DNA of 45,049 nucleotides from Spirogloea muscicola (lineage: Eukaryota), in the NCBI GenBank assembly GCA_009602725.1, contig WELB01000010.1, positions 332,684-377,732 of the forward strand. Reading direction: 5' to 3'. The first letter of the stretch is position 1; every line of letters begins with the position of its first letter. Positions 1 through 11,366 of this stretch are shown piece after piece. The notes beneath the pieces were generated by a model that saw only the letters and a list, made by a program, of their open reading frames with translations, ran no database searches and was not told the DNA's origin. The position numbers were made by a program, and so were the translations under genes.

Positions 1-1065
1 GCGGTGGCAGCGCGGCCGCAGCCGCAGCTCGCGCCTCGCCGTCGGCACGGGGGGCCGCTGCTCGTCCGCGCCAGCGTCGGCGCGGAGGACGCAGAGACCG
101 CGTCCCGCAGCGGGGCCGCCGACCTGCCGTCGGACACGGAGCAGCTCCCCACCGTTCCCGGGGAGCTCCAGGTGGTCGCTCGGGCAGCGAGCTGAGGGCG
201 AGTCTGCTGCTCGGACAGGGTTGCGCTGCCGCCTTATAGCTCTTGTCGCGCCATCTATGATCGTGGCTAGGGGCCCCGCTCGAGGAGCGGCGCAGTCCGC
301 GAGCCATGTCCTTATACATTGCCAAGGCTGCCTCTCTGACGGCAGCCCACCTGTAGCTGAGCCGGTGTGTGCAGAATGAGGCCCCTGCCAAGCGCGCGGC
401 CACCAAGAAGGTCGCCGACTCCACCGACCCCGTCTCCACTGCGCTCTCGAGGCGCTTTGGCATCGGCGCGGGCTTGGCGTGGGCCGGCTTCCTCGCCTTC
501 GGCATCATCTCGGAGCAGATCAAGACCCGCACAGAGGTCGCCCAGGAGGAGCGCAACACGAGGTGAGGCCTGGGATTTGGATGGGCTGCTGCTGTTCAGG
601 GCGGCCGAGGCGCGCGGGTATGCGCTGAATGCACCCGGCCTTGCTCGCGGTCGCCCTGGTCGCAGGGACGTGCAAGGCTCGCCTGAGGTGGAGCTCCCCA
701 ATGGCGTAAAGTACATGGACCAGCGAGTCGGCGGAGGGCCGTCGCCGCGGCCAGGAGATCTCGTGCTCGTGTCGCTCACAGGGGTAATCCAGGACAGCGG
801 CGAGGAGTTCCTGGAGAAAAAGAACGGGAAGCCCAAGCAGTTGGCCTTCGTCTATGGCAGGCGGCCACTCGCTGGTGGCATTTGCGAGGGCCTGGAGTTT
901 GCGCTGGCCTCCATGAAGGTCGGAGGACGGAGGCGCGTGATTGTGCCCCCCGAGCTGGCCTTTGGGCAAGAAGGTAATGACTTTGGGGCCGCAGTCAAGG
1001 TGCCGCCGAATGCGACGCTGGAGTACAATGTGGAGCTCGAGAAGGCCTCCATTGCTCCTTCCTGA
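1..1065 (+). CDS. FKBP17-2: Chloroplast FKBP-type peptidyl-prolyl isomerase, FKBP17-2/17-3-like (5' partial; exons <1-171, 375-562, 666-1065)
   Basis: Spliced translation contains RRFGIGAGLAWAGFLAFGIISEQIKTR...LPNGVKYMDQRVGGG...GLEFALASMKVGGRRRVIVPPELAFG...VPPNATLEYNVEL, matching plant lumenal FKBP17-2. GT-AG junctions keep frame. Confidence 0.88.
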
Positions 1066-1329
1066 GGGCGCAAGGCGGCAGCAGCACTCACAGAGCTGCA
1101 AATTTTCTAACTGAGAACTGATGTGCATCGTGCCTTTGGTGTGCTTCTCGCTTGACCTCACATGTACCACAGTTTGCATCAGTTTTGATCGTTGCTGCAG
1201 CATCTTGCAGCCGCACATCGCATAGGTTGCATTGCTCTCGTTGACTGTGTGTGTTGCCCAAAAGAGGATGCTCCCAGGAGATAAATATCCCCGTAATGTT
1301 CGACTGGTCCATTCTTGCTCAAAGCGCCC

Positions 1330-2100
1330 ATCATTCAGGCATAGGCTTCAGAGCTGCTTGATGGTCGAAAATGGTTGCAGGAGCTTCCAGGTCAAGAAGG
1401 TCGGATCGTGTTCTCACACGCTGTGATGCTATAGCTGCTGCTGCATTCAGGGACAAGCACAGCAGTGCTGCTTTTAACGACCTTGACAATGCCTCCTTGA
1501 ACAGCTCACAAGGCAAACCAATTTAGAAGAGTCAGGCCGATCAATGAGCGAGCCTAAGACATTCTGCGATGGTTTCGCCAGGAAAGTGGTGGCCGACATG
1601 CAGGACGATGTCACTCGCACATGCTCCAATTACACATGCTCTTGGATGCACACAGATGGATTCCATGCTTTCAGCCCCGTGTACCAACGCAGTTGTAGAG
1701 CGCATCTGTACCCAACTCTTTCTTGTATTTCAAGTGTAGATGTCGCGCCAAGTGCAAAAGCATAGAGATAGTGAGGGCTCTCCGATAATTTGCTAGGCGG
1801 GTCTGCTTGCGGGAAAGGGTATTGTGGAGGGCTCTGCAGACATGGCGTCCCTGGAGCTGGGCAAGCCTTGGCTACTCACAGCTCAGTAGATCATCAAGGA
1901 TGTGCTTGAAATCCTAAGCGAGCACCGTGGCCAGGCCACAGCGGACATACATGACGTCGCCAGGTGACCACGCCGCAGCCGCCGCCGGCCCACCACCGCT
2001 GCCGTCAGGGGCTTCCCAGCCATTGACAAGCGTCTTGGTCCGCACTGTGCGTGAACAACTTTATGGTGCGGCGATGCTCGCCTTCCCATGTGCGTGAGGC
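1330..2100 (-). pseudogene. Possible degenerate BTB/POZ-domain gene remnant
   Basis: Minus-strand pieces LA*DFKHILDDLLS (then GTGAGT donor), DIVLHVG and CELFKEALS fall in BTB-like order, with in-frame stops and frameshifts. Weak similarity, judged by eye. Confidence 0.22.
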
Positions 2101-2977
2101 CCCCGCCCGTGAGGTGGCTCGCTGGACTGCGCGCCGCGGCGGCGCGGCCGCCTCGCGCCACGTGATCATGGGGGCCTCCAACGCTGCGCGCCATCAGCGA
2201 CTGGCTTTGGTGCAGTGGATTGCACGGCGCCTGCGGGACGGTTGAGGATAGGGCCGGACATGGGCGCCGTCGAGGATCCTGTCGATAGAAGCTTCGAGGC
2301 GCCGCGCCGCCACCAGAGCCGGGCCCGGCGTGGTGCGGCGGTGGTGGGGGCTACGGCCGGAGGTAGGCGCCGCCGGGGAGCGCAGCGAGCAGGCCGTCGA
2401 CGACCATGAGCAGCGGGCGCAGGCGGACCACCACGACGCCCAGCTGCCCGAAGAAGCCGGCGCAAAAGTAGGCCAGCGCCAGCGCCACCTCCGCGGGCAT
2501 CGCGCCGCCGCGGCCGCGGGCGCCGGGCGCGCGGCGAAGGCCTGGGGCAAGTGCGGCCCTCGCAAGTGGCAGTCCGGAGAGATGAAGGTGGCTGCTGGTA
2601 ATTGAGTAGCGGCTGTGAAAGCCAGCCCGGAGCACACAGAGGGGGTGTTCATGACTACATCCAACATTTGTTTCTTATACACGGGATTTTCCCAACGGAG
2701 CCACAGGCTAGGCAGACCAAAGCGGCTGCTGATGTTAAAGAATCGGCTGTGAAGAAGAATCGGCAGACAGGGCAGCCACTTTCTTCGGGATAGCTTTACT
2801 GCTTAAGTACACACACCAGCGTCAGCACGAAGCCTGGGGCTGGGAATCTTCTCAATCTTCAGCCGGCTGCCCACTTTGCAACGTTCGTGGCGGACAGACC
2901 GAGGCGGAGCAGTTGTGGACCGGATGGGCAACCGGAGGGGCCCATTACCGCCGGCCAGGGCCGGCCCCGAGGTAAGT

Positions 2978-3028
2978 GCCTTGCCAAGCCTTCCCAAGCC
3001 CTTCCAATGCCTTTCCAAGCCCTTCCAG
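2978..3028. repeat. Short imperfect tandem repeat (~11-nt unit CCAAGCCCTT-like) upstream of the EndoV gene
   Basis: gccttgccaagccttcccaagcccttccaatgcctttccaagcccttccag. Confidence 0.6.
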
Positions 3029-3128
3029 CTCAGCCACGCCTCGCTCCACGGCGAAGCCTTGCACAGAGCCTTCGCCGCGGGCGGCCCACGGCCGCGCCAC
3101 ACCCCCGGCGGCGGCCGCGGCGGCGGCC

Positions 3129-5236
3129 ATGGGCGAGCTCGCGNCATCCGGTTGACTGCCATCTGGCAACGGGAGCTGAGCCCAGGGGGCCCTCGCCGCG
3201 CCGCTGCGGCGGGAGCCGCAGGCAGCAGGAGGCCCTGGCGGCGCGCGTCGTGCTGCGCGACGCCTTCACCTGGCGGCCGCCGGCGGGCTTCCGGGCCCGG
3301 CGCACGGCGGACGCCACCGCGGCCGCGGCCTCTGATGGGCTCGTCGGAAACGTCCGGCCAGAATGCGCAGCACGAAACCCGCAAAACCCACAAAACCCAC
3401 TGGCCGATACCGATGGGGATGCAGACGGCGGCAGCGAGCCTGCCTCGCCGCTTGCGGCACGCCCGGCGAGCGCCAGCCCGGAGGCGCCGCCAGCAGAGCC
3501 CCTCCGCCTCATTGGCGGCGTGGACGTCAGCTTCGCCAAGGACGACCCCGACACGGCGTGCGCCGCGCTGTTGGTGATGGAGCACCCGGGCCTGGAGGTC
3601 GTGTACGAGGATTACGAGATGGCCCACATGGCCGTCCCTTACGTCGCCGGCTTCCTCGCCTTTCGGGAGGTGCAGCAAGCTCACTGTCACAATTTCAGTG
3701 CCAAGGTGCATTGGAGTTCAAGGCCTTTGGCCTAGTGTGGCTTCGAGACGGTAGTTTAATGAGAGCCGCTAATGTCCATCTGCTCTTGCAGGTGCAACCC
3801 TTGGTGCGACTAGTTGAAAGGTTGCGGCAGAGTCAGCCCTCTCGCCTGCCGCAAGTGGGCTCCTTTACGAGCTCGACCTGCACACCTGTCGTAGAGCCAG
3901 TAAACTTGATGACTCGTCTGACATGTCCCGCACATTTCTGCACTGCAAGCCTGCTACACCGTTCCTGCTCTTCGAGCGGGAGCGCAGCAGTAGACCCTTG
4001 ACATTGTAGACTTTGAGCGGCTAGTTGCACCATCTGAATCTGTCCCATATGCGACGGTGCTCATTGAGCAGGTCTTGCTGGTCGATGGGAACGGTATCTT
4101 GCATCACAAAGGCGAGTATGATTCCGCTGGCTCTGGCAGCACTGCTGTTGTCCAGAGTGACTCGTCTGGCATTCCCAGTAGCCCGTGTTGGGCACCTTTC
4201 CTGGCACCTTGCCGAGATCCTAGATGGATGAGCGCTGTGACTGATGGCCAACCTGGGACTCTGTACAGGATTCGGTCTGGCTTGCCACTTGGGGGTGCTG
4301 ACTGGCATCCCTACTATTGGCATTGGAAAGAATGTGCGGTCGTTGACCTTCTTGTGAGGTTGTCTTGCCTCTTACCAGATGCAGCAGGCAAGATGCACAG
4401 TGATTAGGTACTTGAACTCCTCATGGCATGGTGAGATCAGCATACTCGGACCGAGTGAGAGGTTGAGCTTACCTTGCAGATGCTGCACATTGATGGGTTG
4501 ACCGCTGAAGGGGTACGTCGGGTAGCAGAGGAGAAGAATGTGCTCCCTGGCGACTATGTTCGCTTGGTTGGGAGCAGCGGCCGTGCTTGGGGAGCTGTAC
4601 GTACCACATCACCTCACTGCTGCAGTGACCTTCTATTTTGACCGCTCGTCGTCTTGGCATGCCAAAGATGGCACAAGAGCTGAGATATCTTGATGACCAG
4701 GAGTATAGCTGCTGCTCCCCATCTTCGACAGTGCCATTTTATCTTCTCTTTGCTCGAAAGTCATGGTCAGAGATTTGTCACTCTGACCATATCTGTACCA
4801 AACCCGTTGCGGTGCTGGTTACCATTGTCGTCTGTTGCAGGCCTTGAAGAGTCATGAGGAGAGTAGCAAGCCAGTATTCATCTCGCCAGGACACATGATC
4901 TCCTTAGAGACAGCTGTCGAAGTTGTTGCTGGGAGCTGTAAATTTCGAGTGCCTGAGCCTGTACGCCAGGTGATTTCTCAGGAGACTTCCCCTCCCTTCA
5001 CTTGTTCATGTTTGCTGGCTGGCAAGGTGGTATTTGCTTCAATCTAGTGAAGCACACAAATATCTGAGCTTGCGGTTCGCAGCGCCTATTGCTCCATCTC
5101 CTCATGTCCAGGCCTTGTGCGAGCTGTGTGCTCTGGTTTACATGTACACAGTGCAAAAACCTGATTGCAGGCCGACTTAAGATCGAGAAGCAAGCTGGCA
5201 GATTCTCAAATGCAGCTGACTCGTCCTGCCACTTGA
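3129..5236 (+). CDS. ENDOV: Endonuclease V (first exon uncertain because of an N at ~3144; exons ~3222-3669, 3792-3854, 4072-4111, 4269-4333, 4480-4596, 4841-4969, 5171-5236)
   Basis: Motifs [55 protein letters not shown] and [15 protein letters not shown] assemble across splice junctions. Confidence 0.92.
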
Positions 5237-7479
5237 CCTTTTGGGAGAATCAAGCAAACCCATCAAGTAAAGTAGTCGTTTGTACCTCACCTGAGCTTGT
5301 ACAGCCTAGCTAGCAATGAATGATCTCCCTCAAAGATTTCACTATTATGTCAAAGGCTAGCAGGTAGACAAAATCCACATAGGAATGCTGGGCATACCCA
5401 GCCTGTCTGGCTGCAAGGTTCTTGTGTTCCACTACGCTTAATTTGGTGCAATAAAATGCAGCAGCAGCAGCACAATTTCCTCCAGAGAGACACGTGTTGC
5501 AGTTATTACGGCAAGTTCGCAGTCATGAGTCGATGTGGATGACTGGGAGGAGCCTGAAAGACGGGCTGTCAAAGTGACAGGCGACTTTTGTATTGCTGGA
5601 AATGTCAGCACATTCTTTGTCCTCATGAATGAGCTTTAAGTGGAGGTCAGCGCTCCCCCATCCAAGTTTGTGTCCCTACTTGATTGCTATTTCTCTCTGC
5701 TTCGGCCTCTACACTTATCGGTGTATTAGCATGGTATTTGCTGCCGGATGAAGAAAGAGTGAGAAGCAGGCTAAATTTGAAGCGCTAATTTCCTACCACC
5801 ACCAATGAGTGCACTGCAAGGTGCTCTTCACTACCCGTGCATCTCACGATGGTCACCCAGCTCCGTAGCCTGAGCCAGTCCGTTTTTTTTTTCAATTTCG
5901 TTTGGCCGCTGTACTTAAGCAGCACCAGTCACCGAGTGAAGCTTTCAGAATAGCAACCTCTACTGTGTGTTTTGCACTGCTCTTTCCGTGGTAGAGGCTG
6001 CTTGACTGTCACTAAAAATTGGCGAGCGCTTGCACACGAACAAGAAGCTCTTCCAAGAAGTAGCAATAGCTGTGAAAGGCCAGCCCAACGGATGAGCTTG
6101 CACACATATGAGAATGGCGAGTCCACCCGCTGCTACAGGCGGGGCGACTTCTTTTCGGGTTTAGTGTCACCTTGTCCATTCCTTTGGGCTGGCCTTTCCC
6201 AGCCACCAGTCAATCTGGCCGCGCTTTTTTTTTCTTTCGGGCTGCTGACTAGGGATGACTGAGCGGCCATCCTTCGTAATTATTTGCTTTCCTTAGTGGT
6301 AAGCGCTTTCTATCTCCTTCAACAACCATCGCCCCTTAGAAGAGCTTCATCTCTTTATGACCTTGCCCACTCTTTCGGCGTAGCTTATCATAGCCATTAC
6401 CCCTTCCGGAAGAGAGAGAAGGCGCGCGGTGCGCATGAAATTGAAACGGAGGCCAAACCCAGCCTTACAAATGTCAGGTAACGGGGTAATGAGCTGGCTA
6501 AGGGGGACACTAAATATCTGCGAAGGAGCACATATATAACTAACAAGCTAAGCTGAGGAGCCAGACCACCACCACGGAAGCCACGGAAGAGAGCGAGGTG
6601 AGCGGTGCACATGTGATGAATTGGAGACCATGCCGACCTAGTAAAGGTTTCTTGCAAATATGCGGCCACACAAAGCGAAGCCCTCGGCTGAGCTGGGCCG
6701 AGGCAACGGACAGCGCAAAAGCACAGCGAAAATGGGGGCTTAAGTAGATTCACAAGTAGCGCATCCGAGTCTGACAGGCTGACTTGGGGAGGCATGGACG
6801 AGCTCCATCTTCGGATGAGAACATTGCACTGCAGACTGGAGAAAAGAAGAAGTGGCTATCCCAATGGGAAGAAGATGAGCTCGCCCATAGAAGAGAGGGG
6901 CTGGCAATGGGGGCAAGGGCTGTGGAAAGCCAGCCCGAAAAAGATGGACAAAGGTCCGCAGGGGGTTCGAAGGGGCCAAAAGACGGAAGGGCCTAAAGCG
7001 CCATGTCAGAACAGGTGTAGGATGAACCACTCAGTAGCTACGAGTGAGGAGCCTCAAATCCGACAGACTAGCTGCTGGAAAACAATCCCCCCTGACGAAG
7101 GCCAGATGGCTGCAGCGAGAGCACGGCCATGGAGGCGCAGGCGCGGTGAGCCGGCTGACTTCAACGCCGCTGGCTCGTGGGCGCAAGTCTATCGTATGAG
7201 ATTGTCAGTATCCCTTCAATGATCCATGGCCCACGCTCTGCATCTGCGTGCTGGCCGTGCTCTTGCTGCGGTCTCCAGCTTTTGGCAGGGGGATAATTTT
7301 CCGGCAGCTAGTCTGTCGGATCTGGGGCTCCTCACTCGTAAGTACTGAGTGATCCATCCTCCCCCTGTTCTGACATAGAGAGAAAGCGCGGCCACATTAA
7401 CTGGTGGCTGGGAGAGGCCAGCTCAAAGGAATGCACAAGGTTTGACGGAGCCGGAGTGCTAAGGACTAAGACATATAAT

Positions 7480-8830
7480 GGAGAAAGAGAGGGGGAGGGC
7501 GGGGCGCATACATGGAAGGGAGGCCAATTCAAGCCAATACATTTTTCAGGCAGAGTCTAGGGCAAACTGAAGAAGGCTACATAATACGGAGACCTAATAT
7601 TAAGGTGCCTAAGACAATAGTTCCCACGGGTGTGTACAAACAAATCTGACAAGCTAACTTGGGGAGCTGGAGCGCCGCCACGAAAGCCGGAGGCCTGACT
7701 TAGAGCGCGCCCTGCACGTTGATGAAGAGCCAATGCTTGCGAGCGCTGCAAACTAAGCGAGAGCTGCATTCTATCATATGCAACTAAGGCTTGCGGAATG
7801 CTGGAGTGGCCCAAGCTGCCCCCCCGACTTCGACGACGCGCATCAACCAGCCGGGCCAGATGCTGGATCAGGGAGGACCATTTCACGCCGTAGCCTCCGC
7901 AGACATCCATGGCACACGGGTAAAGATGGTCCCCTCGGGGATGGTCCTGGTAGTGCCGCTCCTTCTTGCGCTCCGCGCTGGACGTGGCCCAGCCAGACAC
8001 GGTTGACGTGGGTGCGCCAGACTTGTATGCGTCGATCAGTACCACGATCAAGAGCAGACGAGGCCCACCGCCCCGGGGGGTGGCGACCACGTCCAGACGC
8101 CGCACGTATGGCTTGCCGCGCCTTGAGGAGATTGACATGATGCCGGACACCTCCATCGCCGGATGATATCCCGCCTCTCGCACTATTCCAAACATAGTAT
8201 CCCTGAGTAAGTCGTGGGAGGCAATGCGCTCACCCCCCTCAACACACCTCAGCATGTACGCAGCTAGAACAAGCTTGTCATCGGCAATGTGGCCACACTC
8301 GCACTGGCGGATGCCTGCCAAGCAACCAAAAAAAAAAAGAGCAAGGGGGGGGGAGGCCGAGGTGGTGGTAGAGCGCTGTGCGAAACAGGTTGTTTGAGAG
8401 CAGAAGAGAAAAGAGCTCGCCCATAGAAAAGAGAGGCTGGCAAAGCCAACACAAAAAGATGGACAATGTCCAAAGGGCCGAAGGGACTCGTATATTGGCT
8501 GGCTTCTGCCAGCCCCTCTCTTCTATGGGCGAGCTTTTCCTCTTTGGGCTGGCCTTTCCCTATATCGGCAAAGCGTTTAGCCACTCAGACGCGCCCGCGG
8601 AGCTGATAGAAAGGGGTTTAGACTGCGCCCTCAGGCCTGAGGGCGCAGGCTGGGAGGGTCGCCTCGCCTCGTGGCGCTCAACAAGGTGCAGCCGTGTGAG
8701 AAGGGCCGCGTGGCAACAGAAGAACAGAGGGGACTGCGGAGGCTGACGGGGAGAGGGAGCGGCAACCATGGGGCTCTATCTCCGGTTGAAGGCTGGCCAG
8801 GAGGAGCTTGGACGTAACGGGGGGCGGAGG
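7480..8830 (-). mobile_element. Truncated, interrupted family-A CRE-like LINE copy (zinc finger + restriction-like endonuclease region)
   Basis: ORF 7557-8321 is nearly identical to the C-terminal half of ORF 8962-10671. ASEWLNALPI continues at 8562-8620 beyond three small insertions. Confidence 0.85.
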
Positions 8831-9010
8831 GAAGAGCGGTTTCTTTCATGGACAATTCTATTCTTTTTGGGCTGGCTTTGCCAGCCCCTCTTCTTAATGG
8901 GCGAGCTCATAAAGAAGCTCTTTCCAGCTATTTCTGCCCAGCTTCTCTGACCTGAGGCTGCTTGGGTTACCGAGTGCTTCGTAGCTGCTTACTTTCATCT
9001 CTCTCTCTCT

Positions 9011-10798
9011 CCCCAACTGAAGTCACCAGCGCTTACAGCACGTTGGAGCGCGAGCTTCACATCCTCGGCCTCCACATCCGGCCTGAGAAGTGTTCAGCCT
9101 GGTCTCCAGCCGGCATCCCTCCCTCCATCAAGCTGCCGGCTGGGTGCCAGACCCCACCACTCGGCATGGTGGTGCTTGGAGTCCCGTTGGGGGCTGCTGC
9201 GCATGTGGAGCAAGTTGTGGAGTCCACCCTTGAGAACCATCTCCAGACCCTCCCGGCCCTCCCCTCCTTACAGGATGCGCAGCTTGCGGTGGCCATCCTC
9301 ACCCGGTGTGTGGCCCAGCGTCCCACTTACCTGTTGCGGACTGTACCCCCCACCACGGCACTAAACGCCATCTACTCTACCGTGGACTCCAGACTCCAAC
9401 AGGCTCTTCACGGCCTGGTGGACCATCCCAATTTGTCCGCCACGCCGGCTGCCATCCTCCAGTGTACCCTTCCTACCAGCATAGGCGGCCTTGGGTGCCG
9501 TCCACTGGCTCGCCTGTCCCAAGCAGCTCACCTGGGTTGCTGGGCCCAAGTGGCCTCCACCATCTCCAGTCGCTTCATCCTGAGGGGCCAGGCTGTTTTA
9601 GCACCCGCTATAGCGGGTGTTGCAACAGGGACCAGGCCCTTCCAGCTTTCCCTAACCGCAGCACTGCATGACCTCTCGTGCTCCCTACCAACACTTGCCG
9701 AGGGTCATGCAGATTTTGCGGCATGGGCACGCTGTTCCGATAGGAAAGCGCAGGCTCACTACACACACGCTGCGGACGTGCAGGCCGCCTCCGACTTGAA
9801 GGGACTGCTCAAGGACGATAGACGTGGCCTTACCCGGCTCCTTTCAATCGGCTCCCCGGGCGCGTCGGAGTGGCTAAACGCTCTGCCGATCTACGAGTCC
9901 CTTCGGCTTTCTGACAACCTTTTCCGCACGGCGCTCCACCACCACCTTGGCCTCCCCCCCCCTTGCTTGGCTGGCATCCGCCAGTGCGAGTGTGGCCACA
10001 TTGCCGACGACAAGCTCGCCTTAGCTTCGCACATGCTGAGGTGTGTTGAGGGGGGTGAGCGCATTGCCTCCCACGACCTACTAAGGGATACCATGTTTGG
10101 CATTGTGCGAGAGGCGGGATATCATCCGGCGATGGAGGTGTCTGGGATCATGCCAATCTCCTCAAGGCGCGGCAAGCCATACGTGCGGCGTCTGGACGTG
10201 GTCGCTACCCCGCGGGGCGGTGGGCCTCGTCTGCTCTTGGACGTGGTACTGATCGACGCATACAAGGCTGGCGCACCAACGTCAACCGTGTCTGGCTGGG
10301 CCACGTCCAGCGCGGAGCGCAAGAAGGAGCGGCACTACCATGATCATCCTCGAGGGGACCATCTTTACCCGTGTGCCATGGATATCTATGGAGGCTACGG
10401 CGTGAAATGGTCCTCCCTGATCCAGCATCTGGCCCGGCTGGTTGATGCGCGTCGTCGAAGTCGGGGGGGCAGCTTGGGCCACTCCAGCATTCCGCAGGCC
10501 TTAGTTGCATATTATAGAATGCGGCTCTCGCTTAGTTTGCAGCGCTCGCAAGCATTGGCTCTTCATCAACGTGCAGGGCGCGCTCTAAGTCAGGCCTCCG
10601 GCTTTCGTGGCGGCGCTCCAGCTCCCCAAGTTAGCTTGTCAGATTTGTTTGTGCTCACCCGTGGGTACTAATGTCATCTTAGGTACCTTAGATTAGGTCT
10701 CCGTGTTATGTAGCATTGTTTAGTCTGCACTCGACTCAGCCTGAACAATGTATTGGCTTGAATTGGCCTCCCTTTCAATTCATGCGCCCCGCGCGCCT
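9011..10798 (+). mobile_element. 5'-truncated CRE-clade non-LTR retrotransposon (family A): end of RT, CCHC finger, restriction-like endonuclease, 3' UTR
   Basis: Open frame to 10671 with GLHIRPEKC, VLGVPLG, LPTSIGGLG, ASEWLNALP, CECG..HMLRC..SHDLLRD, RRLDVV..LLDVV, AERKKERHY, PCAMDIYGGYG and RLSLSLQR, typical of CRE/Cnl1-like elements. No YxDD, so truncated. Confidence 0.88.
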
Positions 10799-11366
10799 TC
10801 TCTCTCGTGCTTTTTTTAAGTGCTTCCCCTGGCTCCTTCTCGTACTTAGTTCATTCTTTTTGGGGCTTGCTTTTCCCAGCGCCTATCCTCAATGGGCGAG
10901 CCCTTCTTTCATGGCCCCACTCATCGGCCATCGCCCCCAAGACGTTTCGTTTGAGCAGGAGAATGGGAGGGAGGGGGATAGGGAGAGCGAGTAAGTAGAC
11001 GTGGTGGGGAGTGCAGCTTGCTTGTCATGCGGGGCCCGGGGCAAGCTTGTCCTGTCCCTTCCTTTGGGCAGGCCTCTCACAGCCACTGCTGTCATTTCAG
11101 GAGAGCTGTTTCCTTTCGGGCAAGTCGACGCTCATCAAGCGCACTCACTGATGCCCGCCTGCCTCCACAGCCGCCCTCCCAGAATCAGCTGTGCTCCTTC
11201 GCCTCAGGGAACGCTCTAACCTCCGCTCGCCGCTTCCTTTCGCTACATCTACTCCCGAGCTCGTGGCGGCCACAACATGGTCGAAGCAGCAGTTGGGCTG
11301 CCAAAGAGGTGACACGCTGCTCTGCAGCTGAGTCTTCCGAGCCCCAGCGGCCGCTCGGTCGCCAGG

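Larger units (their letters stand above)
5990..11120. mobile_element. Island 1 of nested CRE-like non-LTR retrotransposon 3' fragments (both strands)
   Basis: Repeated ORF C-termini (…SDLxxLTRxY*) at ~6500, ~7040, ~7340, ~7620, ~8960 and 10671. Repeated CTTGTCCATT…GGGCTGGC…CAGCC 3' motifs at 6171, 6900-6950, 7390-7440, 8410-8560, 8860, 10850 and 11045. Confidence 0.8.

Noticed and set aside
312..3711. Long antisense or alternate-frame ORFs over FKBP and EndoV (also 18372-19427 over MurA)
   Set aside because: These are shadow ORFs of GC-rich coding sequence with low-complexity R/P/A/G composition and no motifs.
6660..6740. CCTCGGC…GCCGAGG hairpin as an HDV-like ribozyme; CTGATGA sites (15122, 16925) as hammerheads
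   Set aside because: I could not build the nested double pseudoknot, or the stems plus GAAA core, by eye.
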